DNA of 64,000 nt from an uncultured bacterium (GTDB taxonomy: Bacteria > Krumholzibacteriota > Krumholzibacteriia > LZORAL124-64-63). The notes beneath the pieces are model-generated. The model did no database searches, was not told the origin of the DNA, and saw only the letters and a list, made by a program, of their open reading frames with translations. Position 1 is the first letter of the stretch, and every line of letters begins with the position of its first letter. The translations under genes and the position numbers were made by a program. Location: contig CAVSZB010000008.1 of assembly GCA_963732385.1 (NCBI GenBank), positions 352,001 to 416,000 of the forward strand. The letters are read 5' to 3'. Shown here piece by piece: positions 1 through 9,900 of this stretch.

Positions 1-2
1 AC

Positions 3-1172
3 GCGCAGTCCGGGGGGCAGGTCGGCGACGTTGGCGCGGTGAAGCTGCTGCCGTCCGGACCGGAGCTCGAGGTGCTCACGACGATTGGCGGCGAGGAGGG
101 CCCGGCCATGGTGGTGGCGGGGCCGGCGGCCGGAATCCTGGCCGCGTTGCGCGCCGCGGTCGGCGTGCGGCTCACGGTCGACGGCGCCTCGCGCGGCCCG
201 ACGATGCGGCACCACACCGCGACCCACCTGCTGCACGCCGCGCTGCGGCAGGTGCTGGGCGACCACGTCGAGCAGGCCGGCAGCGAGGTCGCGCCGGACA
301 AGCTGCGCTTCGACTATCGGCACGACGCCGCGCTGTCGCGCGAGGAGATCGCGTGCGTGGAGGCGATCGTCAATGCCCAGGTGCTCGCCAACGCGCCCGT
401 CGTGGCTCACGCCGGCGTGCCGCTCGCCCAGGCCAGGGCGCGCGGCGCGATGGCGTTGTTCGGCGAGAAGTACGGCGAGACGGTGCGCATGGTCGAGGTG
501 CCCGGCTTCTCGCTCGAGCTGTGCGGCGGCACACACGTGTCGCGCACCGGCGACATCGGGCCGTTCCGGATCGTGGCCGAGACCAGCAGCGCCGCCGGCG
601 TCCGCCGCATCGAGGCGGTTGCCGGCGATCGCGCGCTCGCTTTGGCGCGGCAGGAGCGGGAGCAGCTCGCCGCCGTGGCCGGCCTGCTCCGCCGCGACGG
701 CGGCGCCGCGGCCGACCAGGTGCGCGCCCTCATCGCAGAGCGCGACGCCCTGCGCCGCGAGCTGCAGGACCTGCAGCGGCAGTCGGCCCGCGACGGCCTC
801 GGCGACGCGCTCGCCGCTCCCACCGACGTGAACGGCCTGCGCGTGGTCGCCGCGCGCGTCGATGCCGACGGCCGCGACGCCCTGCTCGCCCTCGGCGACC
901 ATGTCCGCGACAGGCTCGGCACGCTGGGCGTCGTCGTGCTCGGCGCGGAGTGGGAGGGCAAGGCGACCCTGCTCGTCTCGCTCACCCCCGACCTCGTCGC
1001 CGCCAAGCGTCTGCACGCCGGCGACATCGTCAAGGCGATCGCCGCCCAGGTCGGCGGCCGCGGCGGCGGCAAACCGAACACGGCGCAGGCCGGGCTGCCC
1101 GACGCGGCGAGCGTCGAGCCGGCGCTGGCGACAGCCGTGGAGGTAGTGCGGGGAAGCGACTCGGGAGCCTGA
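3..1172 (+). CDS. alaS: Alanyl-tRNA synthetase, C-terminal part (5'-truncated by window edge)
   Basis: Frame is open from base 3 (AQSGGQVGDVG); editing motifs HHTATHLLH and ELCGGTHV; ALFGEKYG; C-terminal DHHA1 motif GGRGGGKP. Confidence 0.96.
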   Translation, partial: AQSGGQVGDVGAVKLLPSGPELEVLTTIGGEEGPAMVVAGPAAGILAALRAAVGVRLTVDGASRGPTMRHHTATHLLHAALRQVLGDHVEQAGSEVAPDKLRFDYRHDAALSREEIACVEAIVNAQVLANAPVVAHAGVPLAQARARGAMALFGEKYGETVRMVEVPGFSLELCGGTHVSRTGDIGPFRIVAETSSAAGVRRIEAVAGDRALALARQEREQLAAVAGLLRRDGGAAADQVRALIAERDALRRELQDLQRQSARDGLGDALAAPTDVNGLRVVAARVDADGRDALLALGDHVRDRLGTLGVVVLGAEWEGKATLLVSLTPDLVAAKRLHAGDIVKAIAAQVGGRGGGKPNTAQAGLPDAASVEPALATAVEVVRGSDSGA

Positions 1173-1191
1173 TCGTCCGTCGCGTCCCGGC

Positions 1192-2547
1192 TCAGGCCGC
1201 CGGAACCGGCGCGGCGGCCGCGCACGGCAGCCACAGCGTGCAGACGGTGCCGCGGCCCGGCAGGTCGCGCAGTTCGAGTTCGCCGCCGAGATTGCGCGCG
1301 AGATCGCGCGCCAGCGGCAATCCGAGGCCGATCCCCCCGGTGGCGCGCGTGAATGAGCCGTCGAGCTGTTGGAACGGCTCGAAGGCCTGTGCCAGGCGCT
1401 CGGGGGCGATGCCGGGGCCGTTGTCTTCGACTTCCAGGCGCACGACGGTGGCGCCGTCGCGCCGGTCGCGCAGCGCCCGCAGCGTGATGCGGCTGCCCTC
1501 CGGACTGAACTTCGCGGCGTTGCCCACCAGCTCGTCGAGGATGCGGCGCAGGTGGCCGGGATCGCACAGCGCCGGGGGCAGGGTCGGATCGAGTCGCAGG
1601 ACGAACTCGAGCAGGTCTCGCGCCAGCCCGGGACGGCGCTCCTCGTGGTAGTCGCCGAGCAGGGGAGCCAGGTCCGTAGGCGTCGTCGTGACGGAGACCA
1701 GGTCGTCGCGCAGCTCGCGGAAGGTGAGCAGGTTCTCGATCATGCTGCGCAGCCGTCCCGCCTGCGCGATCAGTTCGGCCAGGAACTCCTGCGACTGTGC
1801 GGGCCCCAGCGTGCCGGACCGCAGCAGGTCGGCGTACGACAGGATGACGGTCAGCGGCGTCTTCAGCTCGTGGTGCAGGTTGTCGAGGAACTGCTGCTTG
1901 AGCTCGTCGAGTTCCTGCAGCCGGGCCCGCGCCTGGCGCAGCTCGCGGTTCTGCTCCAGGGTGCTGGCGTGCAGCTGCGTGTTGTCGAGCGCGACCCCGA
2001 GGTGGTGCAACGACGCCTGCAGGATGCGCAACTGGCCCGGCGAATACGGTCCGCCGGCCACGTGGCGGCCGAGCGCGAGGGCGCCGATCGGCCGGCCGCT
2101 CGAGAAGAGCAGGCCGAACAGCCCCAGCCTGGCCCCCTCGGCCAGGGCGTGGGCCGCCGGATCGAGCAGCGCTCCCAGCTCCTCGACGAAGAACGGCTCC
2201 GGGTGATCGTCGCCCGCGGCCACGATCCGCCCGACGCACAGCTCGCCCAGCGCCTCCGCCACCCGCGTGGGGATGCCGAGGCTGCGCAACAGCACCGGGC
2301 GCCCGCTCTTGCGCGAGACCACCCAGAGCGCCGCCGAGGCGGTGCCGAGGTTGCCCATGAACTTGAGCAGACCCAGTTCGGCCACGCGGTAGAGGTCGCC
2401 GGTGGCGTGGATCTCCTGGCTGAGCTCCAGCAGGGCCTGCAGGCTCAGCTCCTCGAGCGTACGCGGAGCCTTCCGGTCGCCGGCGGGGACGTCGACGCGC
2501 GGCGGCGACGCTGCCGGGTCGTGGAGCGAGGGCGATAGCGTGTTCAT
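1192..2547 (-). CDS. Cytoplasmic GAF-domain sensor histidine kinase
   Basis: N-terminal GAF-like region and coiled coil; H-box HHELKTPL, N-box ELVGNAAKF, G1 DNGPGI, G2 GGIGLGL; no TM or REC domain. Confidence 0.9.
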   Translation of the reverse strand: MNTLSPSLHDPAASPPRVDVPAGDRKAPRTLEELSLQALLELSQEIHATGDLYRVAELGLLKFMGNLGTASAALWVVSRKSGRPVLLRSLGIPTRVAEALGELCVGRIVAAGDDHPEPFFVEELGALLDPAAHALAEGARLGLFGLLFSSGRPIGALALGRHVAGGPYSPGQLRILQASLHHLGVALDNTQLHASTLEQNRELRQARARLQELDELKQQFLDNLHHELKTPLTVILSYADLLRSGTLGPAQSQEFLAELIAQAGRLRSMIENLLTFRELRDDLVSVTTTPTDLAPLLGDYHEERRPGLARDLLEFVLRLDPTLPPALCDPGHLRRILDELVGNAAKFSPEGSRITLRALRDRRDGATVVRLEVEDNGPGIAPERLAQAFEPFQQLDGSFTRATGGIGLGLPLARDLARNLGGELELRDLPGRGTVCTLWLPCAAAAPVPAA

Positions 2548-2548
2548 G

Positions 2549-2902
2549 TCACCGTTCCGTTCCGGCCAGGGCCCCCTCGAGCGACGGCGAAATCTCCAGG
2601 AACTGGTCCAGGTTGAGCAGCTCGAGCACCTGCGTCACCCCGCTGCGGGGCGCCGCCAGGACCAGCTTGCCGCCCGCCGAGCGGAACTCCTCCGTCAGGA
2701 GGAGAAACGTGCCGAGGCCGCTCGAGGCGACGAACGTGACGCCGTCGAGATCGATCACCAGGCGCGAGCAGCCGCCCTCGATCAGCTCGGCGCAGCGCTC
2801 CCGCAACTGCTGGGCGCCAGGGGCTTCGATGCGGCCGCGCAGCCGCAGCACCGGCAGGTCGTCCCGGCCGTTGCCGAGCGTGATCTCCAACTGGTCAGAC
2901 AT
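2549..2902 (-). CDS. STAS-domain anti-sigma factor antagonist (RsbV/SpoIIAA-like)
   Basis: 117 aa; LRGRIE, IDLDGVTFVASSGLG (phosphoacceptor Ser motif), GGKLVL, VLELLNLD. Confidence 0.93.
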   Translation of the reverse strand: MSDQLEITLGNGRDDLPVLRLRGRIEAPGAQQLRERCAELIEGGCSRLVIDLDGVTFVASSGLGTFLLLTEEFRSAGGKLVLAAPRSGVTQVLELLNLDQFLEISPSLEGALAGTER

Positions 2903-4973
2903 GAGGTGTCTCCTCCTCCGCCGGTACGGTGTCCGGCTCGAATCGCAGCAGCGTCAGGTTGCCCGACGGAGTGCCGGGCAGGTAGCTGACCTTCCGCATG
3001 GCCGCGTGGACGATGCGCAGCCCCAGACCCCGGCCCTGCAGGCGCACCCGCGGGTCGTTCAGGTCGGGGAAGCGCCAGTCGGCCGGGTCGTAGGCGCGAC
3101 CCCGGTCGGTGAGCAGGAACCAGCCGCCGGAGCGGTCCGGCGCCGGGCGCCAGGCGATCGTGATCTCGCCCTCCGCGTCGCCGCCGTGGCCGTGCTCGAC
3201 GATGTTGGCCGCGAGCTCGTACAGGCACAGTTCGGCGATCTCGCGCGGGGCCGATCCCAGTGCGCGCAGGCAGGGGCAGGCGTCGAGCCAGCCGCGGATC
3301 GCCGGCAGCGCGCCGCGTCTGACCGGCAGTCGGAGGCGATGGGCGTCGCGGAAGTCCGCCGCGATCTGCTGCCAGGCGGGATCCGCCGCGGCGGCCGGTC
3401 CGTCGCGTCGCGTGGTCGCCGGTCCGGCCGCGACCGTGGCCGGCGCGCGCCCCACGACCACCAGCGTCAGGTCGTCGCCCAGCGGCGCGCCGCCGGTCCA
3501 GGCGGCGTGGGCCCGCTGCAGCGCCGCCAGGAGCCGCTCCGGGCCGCCCGGTCCGGCCTGCGCGGCGATCGTGCCGAGCCGCGGCAGGCCGAATTCCTCG
3601 CCGCTGGCGTTATTCGCCTCGGTCAGGCCGTCGGTGTACTGCAGGAGCAGGTCGCCCGGCCCGAGCACGGTGTCGTCATCGCAAACGGTGCGCGCCAACG
3701 CGCCGTCGCGCCGCACCGCGCCGATCGGGATGCCCTTCGTGCGGAACCACTCGAGGCCGCCGTCGCGCGCCCGCCAGACCAGCAGGGGGTTGTGCCCGGC
3801 CGAGGCGAAGCGGAGAGCGCCGCTTGCCGGGTCGAGCAGGCCATAGAACAGCGTGACGAAGACACCGGGGCGCAGCGAGTCGACCAGGCGCTCCTCGAGC
3901 GCGACGATGGCCGCGGCGGGGGAGTCGGTCTCCTCGCGCAGCGAGCGCAGCAGGACCGCCAGCATGGAGGTCACGAGGCAGCCGCCCAGCCCCTTGCCGG
4001 CGACGTCGGCGATGACGATGCCGACCTGTCCGTCGGCGCGCCGGAACACGTCCCAGTAGTCGCCCCCCACCTCCGAGGCGGCGCGGTAGGCGCCGTGCAC
4101 GGCGAAGGGGGGCGCCGCGAGCGGCGCGCGGGGCATCAGCGACTCCTGGATGCTGCGCGCGAGGTCCATCTCGTGCGACAGCCGCTCCTTCTCGATCAAC
4201 TGCTCCTGCGAGGCCTTCAACTGCGTCGCCATGCCGTTGACCGCCTCGGCGAGGCGGCCGATCTCGGTGCGGTCGCGCAGGCGCAGCGGCGTGTCGAGGT
4301 CGCCCCGTCCGATGCGGGCCAGCCCCTCGCGCAGCAGCCCGAGCGGGCGCAGCAGCAGCGACATCAGGCCGAAGGCCGCCGCGCTGCCGGCGACCAGCAG
4401 CCCGGCGGCCAGCGAGACCAGGGTGCGCCGCGAGCGGGTGACCTGCCGGTCGAGGTACGCGCGCTTCAGCGCCACGACCGCGGTTCCGAGCGGCTGCCCG
4501 TCCCGCAGGGTGACCGGCACGGCCGCGATGATGCGGTGCGCGTCGCCGAGCAGGCGCTCGCCGTCGCGCAACGGCTGTCGCGACGCCACCGGCCGGAGGC
4601 CGGCGAGGCCGGTGTAGGCTTCGCCGAGCCGTCGCGCATCGACATCCGCCTGGATGCGGCCGTTGCGGTCGAGCACGACCACCGATTCGAGGTCGTCGCG
4701 GCGGGCGGTCATTTCGGTGACGAGCGGGCAGAGCGTCAGCTCCGGGAACTCCGCGAGCAGAGCGTCGGTGCCGGCCAGCGCGAGGTTGCGCGCCTCGAGC
4801 AGCAGCCGCGCCTCCACCTCGGCGGTCAGGCTCTCCCGGGCGTTGTGCTCGGCAACCCCGCCGACGGTCAGGATCGTGACCACGACCAGGCCGACGGCGG
4901 CCAGGCCGATCACCAGGCGCATGCTCACCGCGCGCGCCGCCCGGTCCCCGCCCCGTCCGTTGCCACTGTTCAT
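2895..4973 (-). CDS. Membrane sensor PP2C (SpoIIE/RsbU-like) phosphatase with HAMP and C-terminal RsbW-like HATPase domain
   Basis: Two TM helices flank an extracytoplasmic domain; HAMP (GDLDTPL..TEIGRLAEAVNGM); PP2C motifs VGGDYWD, IADVAGKG, YTDGLTEA, DDLT; C-terminal ELAANIVEHG...DRGRAYDP...GRGLGL. Start chosen at ATG 4973 (AGGGA upstream); 4991 is an alternative. Confidence 0.9.
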   Translation of the reverse strand: MNSGNGRGGDRAARAVSMRLVIGLAAVGLVVVTILTVGGVAEHNARESLTAEVEARLLLEARNLALAGTDALLAEFPELTLCPLVTEMTARRDDLESVVVLDRNGRIQADVDARRLGEAYTGLAGLRPVASRQPLRDGERLLGDAHRIIAAVPVTLRDGQPLGTAVVALKRAYLDRQVTRSRRTLVSLAAGLLVAGSAAAFGLMSLLLRPLGLLREGLARIGRGDLDTPLRLRDRTEIGRLAEAVNGMATQLKASQEQLIEKERLSHEMDLARSIQESLMPRAPLAAPPFAVHGAYRAASEVGGDYWDVFRRADGQVGIVIADVAGKGLGGCLVTSMLAVLLRSLREETDSPAAAIVALEERLVDSLRPGVFVTLFYGLLDPASGALRFASAGHNPLLVWRARDGGLEWFRTKGIPIGAVRRDGALARTVCDDDTVLGPGDLLLQYTDGLTEANNASGEEFGLPRLGTIAAQAGPGGPERLLAALQRAHAAWTGGAPLGDDLTLVVVGRAPATVAAGPATTRRDGPAAAADPAWQQIAADFRDAHRLRLPVRRGALPAIRGWLDACPCLRALGSAPREIAELCLYELAANIVEHGHGGDAEGEITIAWRPAPDRSGGWFLLTDRGRAYDPADWRFPDLNDPRVRLQGRGLGLRIVHAAMRKVSYLPGTPSGNLTLLRFEPDTVPAEEETPHV

Positions 4974-5008
4974 GTTCCGGTCCCTACGCATGCGCCCGCC
5001 CGTTTCCA

Positions 5009-6958
5009 CTAGGAGCCGCCGAGGACCCGGCGAATCCCGGCCTGTTGTTCGTGTGCCCGTTCCAGGTAGCCCTTCGCGCGGCGGTCGTCCGGATCGATGT
5101 GCAGTACCCGCTGCCAGTGCGTCGCCGCCTCGTCGAGCCGGCCGGCGGCGAAAGCCTCCATGCCGAGCGTGAGATATTCGCGCTTGAGCGCCTCGGCCGC
5201 GCGCGCGTACGCGGGGTCGGCGCTCCAGACAAGTTCCCAGTAGGCCACGGCCTCGCGGGGTCGCCCGGCGTCGAGCGCCGCCAGGCCGCGCCGGTAGAGG
5301 TCGTCGACTTCGCGGCGGCGCTGCGCGCTGAGCGGGGCCGGCGCCGGGGGCGCTGCCGGCCGGGGCGCCGGGGCGACCGTCGCCGGGGCCGTCCTGTCGG
5401 CCGCCGGTCGCGGCGTCTCGGCGGCGCGCCGCGTTGCGGCGAGCGTCGCGGCGGTGCGGGCGGCGATCGCCGTTTCCGTGCGTCGCAGCATGTCCGTGGC
5501 CTCGCGGTCGTCGGGGGCGGCCGCGACGACCCGCGCGAACCGTTCGCGCGCCGCCAGCAGGCTGTCGGCGGCAAAGGCGTCGAGCGCGCGCGAGAACAGT
5601 CCGCGCAGTTCGAGCGAGCGGGCGGCCAGGCGATCCCCCTCGGCGCGACAGCGGGCCAGCTCGCCGGCCAGCCTGGCGTCGCCGGGGACCAGCTCGGCCG
5701 CGCGGCCAAGCGCCAGGGCGGCGGCGGCGTGGTCGCCCGTCTTCATCAGGCGGTCGGCCTGGGCGCGCAGCGCCGCGACTTCGGTGGAAGCGAGGCGCGG
5801 ATCGTCCGGCTCGAGCACGCGCAGCAGGCCGAGGATCTCCCGCGCCTCGTCGGGACGGCCGGCGGCGAGCGCCCCTTGCGCCCGGGCGGCGAGCGAATCG
5901 GCGCGCGCCCGGCGCCGGGCGTCGAACGCGGCGGCCAGCCGCGCCTGGAGCGCCGCCTCCCGCGCTTCCAGGGTCGCCTCGCGGCTCTCGGCCACGGTCG
6001 GCCCGAACATCAGCGAGATCCCGATCCGGTGGATCGGCTCGAGCGGCGTGTCGGCGAAGACGTAGTCGACGGTCAGGCCGTTCCACCGGACGGCGGCGCC
6101 GGCGGTGAGAGATCCGTGGTCCAGACCGGCCCGCAGGGCCAGCAGGGCGAGAGGCTGCAGTTCGCAGCCGGCCTGCAGGCGCGCGTCCATGTCGCGTGTC
6201 TGTTCGACGTCGGCCGTCAGCACCAGGCGCCCCTCGCTGCCGAGCCTGCGGGCGAGCGCGGCGCCGAGCCGCGCCCCGAACGGGTCGCGCACGGTCTCCT
6301 GGTCGAGGCGGAGCGCCGGCTCGGCGAGGTTGCGCAGCGCCAGGCCGACGGTCAGGTCGGTCGCCGGTCCTACTCCGCGCCAGGCGGGGACCGGGCGGAT
6401 CAGCAGCCCGACATCGAGGCCGATGCCGGCGTCGCTGTAGCCGGCCAGACTCTGCCGGCGCAACTTGACGGCGGCGCCCAAGCCGGTGGCCGCGCCGAGG
6501 CGGCGCCCGTACGCCAGCCCCAGTTCGGTTTCGGAGTCCTCGATCTCGTCGCCGAGCCGCACGTTGCGTTCGTCGCGCGGGTCGATGCCGCCGGCGCCGA
6601 AGCGGCGGAAGGTGACGGCGGCGGCGCCCCAGCGCCAGCTCGGGACCACCAGGCCGGCGAACTGCTCGCCGAAGCCGAGGCCGACCAGGTCGGTGTGCGA
6701 CGCCTGCAGTTCCCTCCGTGCGACCCAGCCGAGGCCGCCGGGGTTCCAGAGCGACCCGCTGGCGTCGTCGGCCAGGGCGGCATAGGCGCTGCCGAGTGCG
6801 AGGGCGCGGTTGCCGGCGCCGGTGGCGAAGAGCGAGCGCCCGCCGGCGTCGTCACCGGCGCGCGCGCTGCCGACCGGAGCGCCGAAGATCGCCGCGGTCA
6901 CGAGCGCGGGCAGCAGGCAGGCCGGCAGCCGCGCCGATGTCGCCCTCCGCCGGCTCAT
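5009..6958 (-). CDS. PorV/PorQ-family outer-membrane beta-barrel fused to a C-terminal TPR region
   Basis: Signal peptide; family N-terminal motif GAGNRALALGSAYAALADDASGSLWNPGGL; amphipathic beta-strands; then helical TPR-like repeats (LYRRGLAALDAG..AVAYWELV; AATHWQRVLHIDPDD). ATG overlaps the upstream stop (ATGA). Confidence 0.82.
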   Translation of the reverse strand: MSRRRATSARLPACLLPALVTAAIFGAPVGSARAGDDAGGRSLFATGAGNRALALGSAYAALADDASGSLWNPGGLGWVARRELQASHTDLVGLGFGEQFAGLVVPSWRWGAAAVTFRRFGAGGIDPRDERNVRLGDEIEDSETELGLAYGRRLGAATGLGAAVKLRRQSLAGYSDAGIGLDVGLLIRPVPAWRGVGPATDLTVGLALRNLAEPALRLDQETVRDPFGARLGAALARRLGSEGRLVLTADVEQTRDMDARLQAGCELQPLALLALRAGLDHGSLTAGAAVRWNGLTVDYVFADTPLEPIHRIGISLMFGPTVAESREATLEAREAALQARLAAAFDARRRARADSLAARAQGALAAGRPDEAREILGLLRVLEPDDPRLASTEVAALRAQADRLMKTGDHAAAALALGRAAELVPGDARLAGELARCRAEGDRLAARSLELRGLFSRALDAFAADSLLAARERFARVVAAAPDDREATDMLRRTETAIAARTAATLAATRRAAETPRPAADRTAPATVAPAPRPAAPPAPAPLSAQRRREVDDLYRRGLAALDAGRPREAVAYWELVWSADPAYARAAEALKREYLTLGMEAFAAGRLDEAATHWQRVLHIDPDDRRAKGYLERAHEQQAGIRRVLGGS

Positions 6959-9900
6959 CGTAATACCGCCACCTTCCGCAGCAGCCGCTCCTCGCGGCCG
7001 TCGCCGAACTTCACGCGCAGTTCCGCCACGTAGACGCCGCTCTGCACCGCCACGCCCCGGCCGTTGCGCCCGTCCCAGCAGTCGTCCTGGTGCAGGCCGG
7101 CGGCGCGGTCGGCGTCGGCCACCGGCGTCGCCACCGGCTCGCCGCGCGGCGTGAAGATGCGCAGGGTGACCCGGGCGGCCGACGGCAGGTCGTACACGAA
7201 GGTCGTCGCCTCGCGGCCGGCGGCGAACGGGTTGGGGAAGTTGGCGTAACTGTCGGCCAGACCGGCCGCGGCGAAGGTGCCGGCTTCGGTCCAGAACGGG
7301 AACTGCCGGCCCGCCGGCGCCTCCACGCGCACGGCGAGCAGCGCGCCGTCGGGCTGCAGCACCGCCACGTCGTCGCGATCGAGGCCGAGCCGGAGGCCGC
7401 CGGCCGGGGGCGGTGCGCGGAAGCGGGCGCGCAGCTCCAGCCCCAGCGTCGCGCCCGGCGCGATCTCGATCGGCTGCGGCGGGACCAGCAGGGCCAGCGC
7501 CGCGTCGGCCGCGACGGTGTCGGCGACGGCCCAGACTTCGTCGCCGGCCAGCGCGATCACCGCGCGCAGCGCCGCTCCGGCCGGCAGCGCCGCGAGATCG
7601 GGCGCGGCCGCGCGCAGCGCCACCGCTGTCACCACGATGCTGCCCGATCCGGCGGTGGCGGGGTTCGTCAGCGTCAGCCGGCCGACCGCGCACTCGGCGC
7701 CGTCGGTCGGCAGGACCGGAGGCAGCGCCGGGGCGAAGTCCGCCACGAGCAGGTCGGCGGGCGGCTGCAATACCGTCAGCCCGGACGAGAGCGGCAGTTC
7801 CGCTCCCGGCGCGGCTGCCAGCGCGACCGCGGCGCCGAGGTTGGCGTCGCGGGCGTCGAGCCCCTCCGCTTCGACCAGCAGTTCGAACGCTCCGGCCGGC
7901 GCCCCCGCTGCGAAGTCGACCACGACGTCGAGTCCCACCAGTTCGCCGGCGAAAAGCCGCAGTCCGCCCAGCGGCACGCTGACGGCGTCGCCCCGCGGGC
8001 TCTCCTGCGTCGCCAGCACAGCCCCATCGCGTCGCACGACGACCCGGTCCAGGTAGCGGGCGGGGTCGAGGCGCGCGCGGGTCTGATCGCGGCAGACCAG
8101 GCGCACGGTGTCGCAGACGATGGCTGCGGTGCCGATCGCGCCCGGGTGGCGCAGGGCGAGCGCCAGCGCCGTCACGCCGCGGGCCCCGACGGTCAGAGCG
8201 GACGGCAGGCGGGGCGAGCCGGCGGCCTGCAGTTGCGTGGCCGCCGCCTCCACCCGCAGGATCGGGCCGGCGAGCGGGTCGGTGGCGAAGGTCACCGCAA
8301 CGGCGGCGCCGGTCCCCTCGTCGCGCGCCCGGCAGCGGGCGGGGGAGGCGAGACGCAGGCTCAGCGCGCCGACCGGCGCGGCGGCGGCCAGGTCGGCCGT
8401 CACGATCAGGTCGACCGGCGCCTCGGCCGGCACCGCCAGGTTGGGCACGATGACGAGCGACAGCACGGTGTCGGCGCCCGGCGCGACCGGCCGGACGGCG
8501 AGCGCGATCCCGTCGCGGCGCAGGGCGAGAGCGCTCAGCCAGGCGCCCGGATCGGGCACCGCGGCGCCCAGCGTGTCGCAGAGGGTGAAGGCGAGCGTGT
8601 CGACGAGGACGTCGCTCGTAAGATCGGGCAGGCCCGGGTTCGCCAGCCGCAGCGCCAGCAGCGCCACGCCGGTCTGCCCGGGGCCGGCCAGCGGCTCGGG
8701 CAGCGGCAGCGCGGCGAGTTCCAGGCCGCTCGCGTCGGCGGTCACCTCGCCCAGGCCCGACAGGACCGGGTAGCTTCCCTCCGCCAGCACGATCGCCACG
8801 GCGGCGCCAGCGACGTCGTCGAAGGCGGTCAGGCCGCCGGTGTCGGTCAGCGCGAGGCGGAACCGGGGCACGGTGGTCGTGGCGGCGATGTCGAGCCGGA
8901 TGCCGAGCGTGACCGGCTCGTTCACGGTGATCAGCACCGGACTCGTCAACGCCAGATCCAGCGCGGCGCCGGAGTCGGCGAGCCGGGTCAGGTCGATGTA
9001 GGTATGCGTCCCCTCGTTCACGACCACTCGCGACAGCAGTGCGGCCGGCACGATGCCGGCGCCCGATTCGTCTTCGAGCCGCAGGCGCAGGCGGTCGAGT
9101 CGGACCGCCGCGCCATCGACCATGCCCGGGTTGATGAGCGTCAGGCTGAGCGGCACGACGCCGGTCTGCCCGCGGCTCACCTTGAACGGGCGGTTGGGCA
9201 CCGGGAAGAGCTCCAGGTCGTCGGCCGGCTGGAACACGCGGTGCGGGTTGGTCGTGGCGGTGAGGGAGCGGCGCGGCAGGCCGTCGCCGGCGCTCGTGCC
9301 CTGGGCCAGGGCCGAGAGGGTCAGCGTCCCGACCGCCGTGGCCCGACAGGTCCAGGCCAGCGTGTCGACGTCGCCCGACGCGAGATCGCGCGGGACGGGC
9401 AGGCTCCCCTCGAGCGTGAGCTGGCCGGCGCCGTCGATCGCCAGGCCGGTGACCGCGATGCCGGTCACGGTCTCGGCGCCGACGTTGCGCACGATCAGGC
9501 GCGCGGCGACGAGCTGGCCAAGCGTGCTGGCCGGAGCGCCTACCTCGAGCGTGGCGAGCAGGGGGGCCGTGCTGAGCAGGAGCTGCGACGGCGCCGCGAC
9601 CGCGGCGTCACGGGGTCCGTCGTTGCCCGAGCTGACGGTCACGCCGTCGCGCGGCACCGCCAGCCGCACCGTGGCGGAATCGGTCGGCGCGGACGACGCG
9701 GTCACGACCGCGAACAGCCGCAGGCCGCCGGCGGGAATCGGCTCGGTGAGCAGCGGGCTGCGCCAGGCGCCGTCGAGGAAGATCAGCGGCGTCAGTTCGA
9801 CGTCGTCGCCGCCGAAGCGTCCGTCGCCGCCATCGCGCAGGAGCCGGACCCCGGCCAGGTCGGTCGGCGTTGCGGTGCCGCGATTCTCGAGCGTCAGGCC

